A DNA stretch of 64,000 bases from Alphaproteobacteria bacterium (GTDB lineage Bacteria > Pseudomonadota > Alphaproteobacteria > MPNO01 > UBA830): assembly GCA_965243135.1 (NCBI GenBank), contig OZ251539.1:3904001-3968000 (forward strand), written 5' to 3'. Position 1 is the stretch's first letter, and every line of letters begins with the position of its first letter. Positions 19,770 through 27,736 of the stretch are shown in pieces. Position numbers and translations under genes: made by a program. The notes beneath the pieces were generated by a model. That model saw only the letters and a program-made list of their open reading frames with translations. It made no database searches and was not told the DNA's origin.

Positions 19770-20219
19770 TCAGGCCGCCTCGGCAAGCCGTTCGGCCTGG
19801 CCGCCGGCGATCGGGATCTGCCGCGGCTTCAGGGCTTCGGGGATCTCGCGCTCCAGATCGACGACGAGCAATCCGTCCTGCAGGTCGGCGCCTTTGACCT
19901 CCACATGGTCGGCGAGATGGAAGCGCCGCTGGAAGGCGCGCTTCGCGATGCCGCGATGGAGATAGGTCGCCTCGCCCTTGCCCTGCTCCGTCTTTCCGGA
20001 GACCACGAGCTGGCCGTCGCGGACCTGGACATCGAGTTCGTCCGGGCCGAAGCCGGCGACCGCCACCGTCACCCGATAGGCGTCGTCGCCCGTCTTCTCG
20101 ACATTGTAGGGCGGGTATCCGTCGTCGCCGGAGGTCTTCTGGGCGACGTCCAGAACGGACATCAGCCGGTCGAAGCCGACGGCGCTGCGGTAAAGGGGGG
20201 AAAAATCGAACGTGCGCAT
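19770..20219 (-). CDS. ibpA: Small heat-shock protein (Hsp20, IbpA-like)
   Basis: MRTFDFSPLYRSAVGFDRL, YPPYNVEK, YLHRGIAKRAFQRRFHLAD and REIPEALKPRQIPI. Confidence 0.93.
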   Translation of the reverse strand: MRTFDFSPLYRSAVGFDRLMSVLDVAQKTSGDDGYPPYNVEKTGDDAYRVTVAVAGFGPDELDVQVRDGQLVVSGKTEQGKGEATYLHRGIAKRAFQRRFHLADHVEVKGADLQDGLLVVDLEREIPEALKPRQIPIAGGQAERLAEAA

Positions 20220-20308
20220 CTCACATATCCTCCTGTCGAGCAACATGTCTGGCGGATCGCTGCGATGGCCGATCCTTGGTCCGTCCGATCCCGTCCGGGC
20301 ATCGGACG
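20217..20308 (-). promoter_or_regulatory. ROSE-type RNA thermometer in the ibpA 5' UTR
   Basis: The minus strand reads ACAUG-UUGCU-CGACAG-GAGGA-UAUGU before the AUG, i.e. the U(U/C)GCU motif can pair with the SD sequence, upstream of an sHSP gene. Confidence 0.75.
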
Positions 20309-20314
20309 AGCGGT

Positions 20315-20342
20315 ATATGGGGATCGCCGACGCCATTTCAAG
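20315..20342 (-). promoter_or_regulatory. Sigma32 (RpoH) promoter of ibpA
   Basis: CTTGAA-N14-CCCCATAT on the minus strand matches the RpoH consensus. Confidence 0.85.
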
Positions 20343-20608
20343 ACCGGGGAGTCCGCTTGCATCATATTCGCGGCGGGCCGGAATCAGGGGTCCGCTTTCG
20401 AGGGTCGCATTCGGCTTCGGGAACCCTTTCCCCAGCAAGTTCCCGACGTTCATGCGCTGTTGACCGTGGCTTTCGTAGCGCTCGGGTTGGATACCGTATT
20501 CGCGGGCGACCGCATGGAGGCGTTCCCGTCGCGCCGTTTCATCTGTCCGTCCACACAGCGGTTGAAGGGACCAGCGGCGGCATTCTTCCGCCATGCCTCC
20601 CGTTGTTC

Positions 20609-20896
20609 CTATGCGATCGGCCGGTTGCGGCCCGTGCCTGCCTTGCGATAACGGGAGGCGGTCGAGAGCAAGTTCTCGCGAGTGATCCGGAGACTGGGTC
20701 GATCGATCTCGTAGCCGAGAGCCTCCATGACCTGACGGGCCATGTGCCCGATCATCCGCTTGAACCGGCCTTCGCCGATCTCGTATTCCGCGAGCAACCC
20801 AGGGGCTGGCGGCTCAACCGCCGCGAGGATCGGCTGGGTTTCAGCCTCCCAAGGCCTGCCTTTCGATGCCTGCCGGGATAAGCGAACGCCGATCAC
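20609..20896 (-). CDS. Small hypothetical protein, possibly N-terminally truncated, divergent from the XRE gene
   Basis: Protein-like segment AAVEPPAPGLLAE...FKRMIGHMARQVMEALGYEIDRPSLRITRE...ASRY; poor start. Confidence 0.45.
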   Translation of the reverse strand: MIGVRLSRQASKGRPWEAETQPILAAVEPPAPGLLAEYEIGEGRFKRMIGHMARQVMEALGYEIDRPSLRITRENLLSTASRYRKAGTGRNRPIA

Positions 20897-21083
20897 AAGC
20901 GTTTGGCCGACAACGAAAAGATATCTCGAATCAACGTTCTAAGAGAGAATTATCGCCAGCCCTGGAAAATTTCCTATCAATCTGTGTAACAAATCCACAT
21001 TTTATCAACAAATATCTATAAAATGTCTATTTACCATCCGTAAAATAGCGCTTAAATTTCAAATTCTCGCACAGGAGGTCGAA

Positions 21084-22061
21084 ATGCCGGATGACCGTAT
21101 CAACCCCAGTGAACTGAAGACCGCGCTTTCGCGTCAGAACATGACCCAGCAGCAACTCGCTGACCGGTTGGGTTGCACCAAGGACACTGTGAGCCGATGG
21201 ATGCGCGGCAAGAACCGCCGCGTGCGGTCCCACCTGCGTCCGCGACTCGAAGAGGCGCTCAAGGTGTCTTTCGAAACGCTCGCCCGGCCGTCCGAGGAAG
21301 CATATCCCGGTCGGCATGACGGAATCTCGCCGGAAAGAGCGGAGATGAGGTTCTCGCTACGCTTGGAGACGCGGGCCGCCCTCCGTCTCGTGGCGCTGCG
21401 CTACAACCTCCCGGCCGCGGTGGTGATGGATTTCGCTCCGCTGCTATTTCTGCTGGCCGCCGAGCGAAGCCTGCTGACCCGCAAGGCGCGGCTTGAGGAA
21501 CTTCGGGCGGGAATCAAGGAGCTGGCTCTCCGGGCGGCAAGCACAAAGCACAGCCGGCTGGCCGATCTGGACTGGGGCCATGGCGATGACGGCGCGTTCT
21601 TTCTCGACGAGGAAGAGGAATCGATCGCAGCACGGGATGTTTTCGGCCGGAACGTATCTTGGGCCACAGACAGTTACATGTTTGTGGATCCGCTGGTGAA
21701 TTTTCTGGAAGAGGAAGCGAAGCAGCTTCCCGACGAAGCGGTGACCGACATAGCTCTCGGCTACGAACCGCTCGGCATTCATTACGAAATCGCGGAGGAC
21801 ACCCTGCGGGAATGCACTGGACTTCAGGAAGGCGATCCTGCGCTGCATTACCTGCTGGCTGGCGATATCGACCTCGACGAATGCCTGCGGATCAAACGCA
21901 CCCGGGACGACGAAGGATACCGCCAGTGGCTTCGGGAGGAACTGGACCGCATTGCTCGGGAGCCGAATCCGTACCGGGAGTCCAAGGAACGCCAGGAGCG
22001 GATCAGGCGAGCGTTGGATGCGAAAGAAATGCCAAGGAACAGCGACCTGGAGGATCGATGA
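21084..22061 (+). CDS. XRE-family HTH protein with a large acidic C-terminal domain
   Basis: AGGAGG RBS; LKTALSRQNMTQQQLADRLGCTKDTVSRWMRGK HTH. Confidence 0.85.
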   Translation: MPDDRINPSELKTALSRQNMTQQQLADRLGCTKDTVSRWMRGKNRRVRSHLRPRLEEALKVSFETLARPSEEAYPGRHDGISPERAEMRFSLRLETRAALRLVALRYNLPAAVVMDFAPLLFLLAAERSLLTRKARLEELRAGIKELALRAASTKHSRLADLDWGHGDDGAFFLDEEEESIAARDVFGRNVSWATDSYMFVDPLVNFLEEEAKQLPDEAVTDIALGYEPLGIHYEIAEDTLRECTGLQEGDPALHYLLAGDIDLDECLRIKRTRDDEGYRQWLREELDRIAREPNPYRESKERQERIRRALDAKEMPRNSDLEDR

Positions 22062-22713
22062 CGATGAAACAAACACGGCACAGCAACACCCGGCTTCGGC
22101 AACGCGGATATCGGAAGGACGACATTGACCTGATCCTTGAGATTGGAACGGAAATTTCACCGGAGAGGATCATGCTGAGGCGACGTGACGCGGAGGAAGA
22201 GATCAAGAAACTCAAGAAAGAGATCACGATGATCCAACGGTCAGTGGGCATGCACGTGGTCTCCAGAGGGAGCGCCCGCTCTGCATTGCCATATAGCGGG
22301 CGAAGTCGGCCCCGACGAATGTCTGCGGGTCAAACCCGCCCGAGACGAGGAGGGTTACGGCGAGCGGCCTCGGAAAGAACTGGATCTCAGCGATCAGGAG
22401 CCGAGTCCGTGCCGGGAGTTCAACGAACGCTAGAAGCGGATCAGGCGGGCATTGGAGGCGAAAGAAATGCCTCGGAACAGCGACTTGGAAGACCGATGGC
22501 GATGGAACGCGCACGGCGCGGCGGGATCCGGTCGCGTCAACGCGGCTCCAAAAAGGACGGCGTTGACCCGACCCATGAAACCGAAGCGGAGAATTTGCAC
22601 AAGAAGATAAACCCGGGGAGACGGAGCGCAGATGAAGAAGTCCGAAAACGCAGGAGGAAGATCGCAGCGCTCGAACGGCTGAAAGACACGATCATCGTGA
22701 TTGCCGACGGCCG
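21838..22713. repeat. 438-bp diverged tandem duplication spanning the XRE 3' end and the toxin-like gene
   Basis: CGACGAATG.CTGCGG.TCAAAC at 21875 and 22313; GCGAAAGAAATGCC..GGAACAGCGAC.TGGA in both units. Boundaries approximate. Confidence 0.85.
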
Positions 22714-22792
22714 CCTCGTCACCGCCTATCATGCGAACGGAGGAAAGGTTTCGACCGGGGCTTCGACGCCGCGGCGCCGACGCATTCCCTGA
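22058..22792 (+). CDS. DUF4258-like (RelE/BrnT-type) small toxin domain, internally duplicated
   Basis: ATGA overlap with the XRE gene; TRHSNTRLRQRGY..DDIDLILEIG, and C-terminal IIVIADGRLVTAYH in the second repeat. Confidence 0.55.
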   Translation: MTMKQTRHSNTRLRQRGYRKDDIDLILEIGTEISPERIMLRRRDAEEEIKKLKKEITMIQRSVGMHVVSRGSARSALPYSGRSRPRRMSAGQTRPRRGGLRRAASERTGSQRSGAESVPGVQRTLEADQAGIGGERNASEQRLGRPMAMERARRGGIRSRQRGSKKDGVDPTHETEAENLHKKINPGRRSADEEVRKRRRKIAALERLKDTIIVIADGRLVTAYHANGGKVSTGASTPRRRRIP

Positions 22793-23302
22793 CGGCGCGC
22801 TGACGCGCCGCTACTCGACGCCGTAGCGTTCCGCGCTTCCCTGAATTGCGCGCTCGCGCCAGCGACCCCCCTTTCGCGAGGGGTCGCTGGATCTCGGCGA
22901 AGGGCAGCGCTACGAGCCTATGCGCGGCCATGCGAACGGCGGTGGCCAAGCAATTTCTGGCGAATTGCCGAATTTCATACCGTTCATCCCGATGCCGCCC
23001 TCACGACAGAAATTGCCAACGCCTGCGTTGCGCATCTGAGTCGGTCATCGATCGCGCAAGCCGGAGAGCGGAACCATGTCGCAACGGTGGAGAGAAGGCG
23101 CAATGGCGGCTGCGCAATCCCGAACTGAACGCGGAGAAACGCCGAGCCGCAGGCGGCGGCGCGCCGACTGCTGCGGAACTCGACCAAGGAAACCATGAAA
23201 AAGGCGCCGACGATATCAACGGCAATGCGCAAGATGTTCTGTGGCGATTCCGATTGAGCGAGCTCGGAGCGACGGTCAGTACGAAGGACGACTATGTTGC
23301 CG

Positions 23303-24961
23303 CTACTTTTTCTCTGTCCAGGTGCACATGCATTTTTTAAGCTCGGCTCCAGTCTTGATGATGCGCGTTTTTTCCTTGAGTTGAGGGTGTATCCGCTCGG
23401 AAGCATAGTCCGTCGGTTCCCCCGTGCCGCCATTCACCACCCATGAAGCCTCCTTGCGTTTCTTTCCGAGGCGGCGTCCTACCGATTGCATAGGGACTCC
23501 GATGGCTTCGCTCACGGCCTCGTAGGTGCATCGAACACATTCAGCGTTCAGGTAGGCAAGGATTTCCTCTATCGACCTGCGTCGGCCGAAACATCCGTCT
23601 ATCATCTCGAAAACGGCGCGCAGGCCCTGCGCCTCGCCGCCGACAGGACGGCCGGGCCGGTCCGATGCGTTCCAGGCCGAGATATCGAAATGCGCCCACG
23701 GGGTAGCGTCGTCGACGAATTCCTGAAGATACAGCGCCGCGGTGATGGCCCCGCCCATCCCGCCTTCGGAAACATTGTTGATGTCAGCCACCTTGCTGTC
23801 GAGCAGCCGCCGGTAGGGCTTCCACAGGGGAAGCCGCCACATGGGATCGTTCACGGCTTCGCCCGCCTCCAGAAGAGCGTCGGCAAGTTCATCCTTATTG
23901 GCGAACAGGGCCGGCAATTCCCCTCCCAGCGCCACACGCGCCGCGCCCGTCAGCGTCGTGAAATCGACGACCAGATCCGGATCCTCCGCATCCGCTTCCG
24001 CCAGCGCGTCGCAGAGGATCAGACGGCCCTCGGCGTCGGTATTGCCCACCTCGACGGCGATGCCCTTGCGGGTCTTTATCACGTCGAGCGGACGATAGGC
24101 GTTGCCCGCAATGCTGTTCTCGACAGCGGGCACCAAGGCGCGAAGGCGGACCGGGATTTCGAGCGCCATGATCAGCTGAGCGAGACCCAACACATGAGCG
24201 CCGCCGCCCATGTCCTTCTTCATGCGCAACATGCCGCTCGCGGGCTTGATGTCGAGGCCGCCGGAATCGAAACAGACCCCCTTGCCGACCAGCGTCACCT
24301 TCGGCGTGTCGGCGGATCCCCAGCGCAGGTCGATCAACCGCGGCGGATCGTCACTGGCCCGTCCGACAGCGTGAATCGTCGGATAGTTCCGCTTCAGCAA
24401 CGCGTCGCCCGAGATCACCTTGACCTGCGCATCGAAACGGCGGCCGAGCTTGCGAGCTTCCGCCGCGAGATGGGACGGCCCCATATCGGCGGCCGGCGTG
24501 TTGATCAGATCGCGAACCAGATTTACGGCTTCGGCCGTCGCGAGAACCCGGGCGCGGTCGGCACCGGAAGGCCATACCAGAGACGCAAGCTCGGCACCCT
24601 TTTTCGTCTTGTAACGCTCGAACCTGTAGCTACCCAAGGCCCAGCCGAGCGCTGCGGACGTCGCTGCGGACGCGTCCATTTCGGCATCGATCCGGTAACT
24701 GCCTGCCGGAAGCCGGGCGGGCAAACCGGCATAATTCCATATGTCGTCGCTGCTGCCGACGCCGACGAGCACCCGGTCGAGCGCGCCGCCGGAGCCGGCG
24801 ACAAGACTGATTTCGCCCTGCCTCGCCTTAAATCCCGAGGTTCTGACCCATTCCGCGACGCCCCCGGATTCAGCCTTCAGCCATTTTTCCAGATCGTCGA
24901 TCCCGACAGGGCTCACGCGAACGGTTCGGGCATTCGCCCTCGTCCTGAATGGCGCTCTCAC
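23303..24961 (-). CDS. Leucyl aminopeptidase (M17) with an extra ~90-aa C-terminal domain
   Basis: VGKGVCFDSGGLDIKP, MKKDMGG and NTDAEGRLIL; GTG start after GGGAGG; the frame continues past the usual end (GEAQGLRAVFEMI..FG). Confidence 0.9.
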   Translation of the reverse strand: MRAPFRTRANARTVRVSPVGIDDLEKWLKAESGGVAEWVRTSGFKARQGEISLVAGSGGALDRVLVGVGSSDDIWNYAGLPARLPAGSYRIDAEMDASAATSAALGWALGSYRFERYKTKKGAELASLVWPSGADRARVLATAEAVNLVRDLINTPAADMGPSHLAAEARKLGRRFDAQVKVISGDALLKRNYPTIHAVGRASDDPPRLIDLRWGSADTPKVTLVGKGVCFDSGGLDIKPASGMLRMKKDMGGGAHVLGLAQLIMALEIPVRLRALVPAVENSIAGNAYRPLDVIKTRKGIAVEVGNTDAEGRLILCDALAEADAEDPDLVVDFTTLTGAARVALGGELPALFANKDELADALLEAGEAVNDPMWRLPLWKPYRRLLDSKVADINNVSEGGMGGAITAALYLQEFVDDATPWAHFDISAWNASDRPGRPVGGEAQGLRAVFEMIDGCFGRRRSIEEILAYLNAECVRCTYEAVSEAIGVPMQSVGRRLGKKRKEASWVVNGGTGEPTDYASERIHPQLKEKTRIIKTGAELKKCMCTWTEKK

Positions 24962-25848
24962 GGATACCTCCCAACGGATTTCGCTGCGGACGCCATGCGG
25001 TCGCCTATCCCGCAAGACGCCTCGTTACCCGGCAGGCAAGATGGAATGATTCTGCCTGCCGTCCAGATCAATAGCGAAGAAAAGGCGCATTGAGAACAAT
25101 CGTCTCGCGTTTCGCGATTTGGCCGCACAGGCGCACGATACCGAGTTCGGTGGACAAAGTTCCCGCATGGACGGAAGCGACGGAATTTACCGCTGCCACG
25201 GTTACGCGGAAGGCCAATACATGTCGTATACGGCAACGGGCGCGACGACCGGAGGATTGTTTCTTTTGCGGACGTTACCGCGGCGGAAAAAGCGATCGAT
25301 TGATTCGGCTTGACCGTAATTGGCCGCGCCGGTTTCTGGACGTTCGGCGCTACGGAATTCGTGGAGAACGCCCCAAAGAACGGTTTCCGCTCGCGTTCTT
25401 CAACTTGGTTCAAGTGGAAGGCCAACCAAGACAAGGGCGGGGATCCGCAAGGACTTCGCATACGCTCGTTCGAAAGCAACGCCGTATCGCCCGGTTCCGA
25501 CGAGAAGTCGTGCGAGGACCGTTTCCGAAGCGCTCCGAACGACGGCTCCTGAGATCATGTACGCACGCAACCACGAAAGAAGAAGGCAGGCCGACCGCAG
25601 TTCCTCCTGTCGACATTGCGTCGTGGACTTTTGGCGCGAAAATTCCTCTTGACGCAAGCGCGAACCCCACGCCGCGCCGCGCCGCGAGCGAATCCCGCAT
25701 ATCCTCAAGGAAGCACCGCAGCGCTACCGCCTGCGACGTCGCTGCGGCGACCCGACCGCCAGACTACGCTCAAGCGCGCCAGCGGAGGACACGCAGACCA
25801 CGAACGGAAGCGGCCTTTCCCGGACACTCGCCAACGGTCTCAAACCTT

Positions 25849-27051
25849 TCAGTTTTCCGGCGCATCGCTCAACATCCCGGATCTGCGAAGCGAAGCGATC
25901 ATCGCCGCGTTCAACATCAGCCGATACGCGCGCGCCGGATCGGCGGCGACGGCGCGCATCTCGTCGAGATTGCGACGACGCACCTCCGGATCCCGCTCCT
26001 CCATGAGCTTCTTGTTCCGTTCGGTAATTGCGCTGATGGCGTTTATCGCTTCCGGACGGCGCTGCGTCTCGTAACCGTCGAGCTCGTCTTCTTCGGCCTC
26101 TCCGCGCCACACGCGCGCAAGCCTGTCGCAAAGGCTGATGGCGTCGTGCAGTCCGCCATTGAGCCCCATGCCGCCGAGCGGATTATTGATATGGGCAGCA
26201 TCGCCGGCGAGGAAGACGCGCCCCCGGCGATAAGCGCTCGCAACCCGCTGCGACACCCGGTAAATGGCCCGCACGAGTATGGGGTAGTCGTCGGCACGCG
26301 GCAGCAAATTCTGCAAGGCGTTCTGGAGATACGTGTCGGTGACGGCATCGTCCGCCTCGACGGAGGCGTCGACCGGAACGACGATCCGCCACATGTCGGG
26401 GATTTCGAGGAGGAGATACCATTCGACGGGATCGGCCGTGTAGTTGACCGAGCAGATATCCGGCATATGCGCCCGAAAATCGTACTGCGTGCCCGCGACG
26501 AGGAAGTGCTCCGGATGGGTATAGCCGTCGAAGGCAATGCCGAGAGCCCTGCGTATCGTCGACCGGCCGCCGTCGGCGGCGATCAGCCAGTCGCCGGAGA
26601 TTTCGACGTCTCCGTCCGGCGTCCGACAATCAAGGATCACCCGTTCGCCGGTCTGGTGCACTCCGACCACCCTATGGCGAAACAGCAGTTCCGCGCTGCC
26701 GGCGAGCCTGCCATACAACCAATCGACGAGCTTGAACTGCTCGCATTGCAGCCGGTACGGATGCCGGGTGTCGTTCTTGAGCAGATCGAGATCGAATTCG
26801 GCGACGCGCCCCTCCTGGCGGTCGCGGAACTGCCACGTGGGGCATTTAAGGCCGCGGTCGAGCAGCGCCCGGGTGATCCCGCTTTCTTCGAGAAGATCGA
26901 GCGTCGGAGGGTGAAACGTCGAAGCGCGGTAGTCGATCTGAACGCCTTCTTCCGCTTCGACCAGCGTGACCGGAACGCCTTGCCGGGCCAGGAGCCATGC
27001 TGCCGTCGATCCGACCGGGCCGCCTCCCGCGACGAGCACCCGTTTATCCAT
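25849..27051 (-). CDS. FAD-dependent aromatic monooxygenase (MhpA/PheA-like)
   Basis: VLVAGGGPVG, LIAADGGRSTIR and GRVFLAGDAAHINNPLGGMGLNGGLHDA. Confidence 0.9.
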   Translation of the reverse strand: MDKRVLVAGGGPVGSTAAWLLARQGVPVTLVEAEEGVQIDYRASTFHPPTLDLLEESGITRALLDRGLKCPTWQFRDRQEGRVAEFDLDLLKNDTRHPYRLQCEQFKLVDWLYGRLAGSAELLFRHRVVGVHQTGERVILDCRTPDGDVEISGDWLIAADGGRSTIRRALGIAFDGYTHPEHFLVAGTQYDFRAHMPDICSVNYTADPVEWYLLLEIPDMWRIVVPVDASVEADDAVTDTYLQNALQNLLPRADDYPILVRAIYRVSQRVASAYRRGRVFLAGDAAHINNPLGGMGLNGGLHDAISLCDRLARVWRGEAEEDELDGYETQRRPEAINAISAITERNKKLMEERDPEVRRRNLDEMRAVAADPARAYRLMLNAAMIASLRRSGMLSDAPEN

Positions 27052-27211
27052 TCATCCCCCTCCGACGCGACCGATGGCCACGCCGTCGCCGCGGAGCAGT
27101 TCCGCGTCCCCTTTCTTTCTCCGGATTGCTCAGATTCGCGCACGGCGGTCGGCCCACGCCTCCCCGGCATGCCCGGTAACCGATCTCCGCGGCACAACCC
27201 GTCATGGTCGA

Positions 27212-27640
27212 TCAACCCTGACAGCGCGGCGCCAGCTCAGCAGGCAGCTTCACACGCCTCGGACGCCGGCCCGCGCCAAGCCCACGGTCAACCGCGAGCC
27301 AGTCGCTTCGGCGCAGGGTGGCGAACGACGGCGATACCCGACCACCCTCCAGCCGCACGATCATGGACCGGATCGTGCCGGCTCGCCGGGCAACTTTCAC
27401 CTGCGTCAGCTTCGCCGCCGCACGGGCGCGAACCAGCGCCTCGATCAGCGCGCACTCTTCGCCGACCCGCTTGCATTCCTGACGGAATTCCAAGTTTTTC
27501 ACAAAACGATACTTCAATGGCTTCAGTTTCATCATGACGTCACCTGTCTTATTCGTTCCCCGGAAGCCGCAAGCGTCCGGCGCAGCGTCGTGCGCCACTT
27601 CTTCGCAAAGATGTGCAAAATAACCACTCATCATAACAAA
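27212..27640 (-). pseudogene. Decayed HigBA-like TA pair (Gp49-type toxin tail + XRE antitoxin from 27535)
   Basis: Toxin remnant HIFAKKWRTTLRRTLAASGERIRQVTS* overlaps MMKLKPLK...LVRARAAAKLTQVKVARRAGT...RLEGGRVSPSFATLRR, then the sequence degenerates. Confidence 0.6.
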
Positions 27641-27736
27641 GTTGCCCTCAGCGGGTTCTGAAGCAAACTGCCTTATACGAGGACCGAGTTTGAAGCCCAT
27701 AGAATAGCGTATCCTCTTCTGCTGATTGCGTAGAAC

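Larger units (their letters stand above)
13650..19830. repeat. Diverged tandem duplication: unit 1 13650-16391, unit 2 16392-19830
   Basis: Both units start with the yejF 3' end (TCGCCsGAGCAGG..TACACGAAGGC.CTCATGGCGGCCGCCTTCGATATCGAGGCG), contain marR and the AlbA/HATPase gene, and end in the ibpA 3' end (GGCAAGCCGTTCG...CGCGGCTTC). Confidence 0.85.

Noticed and set aside
25090-27537. 815-aa plus-strand ORF and similar long ORFs (7878-9962, 42980-45397, 51283-52938, 61588-63669)
   Set aside because: They are antisense or alternative-frame shadows of real high-GC genes and carry no family motifs.
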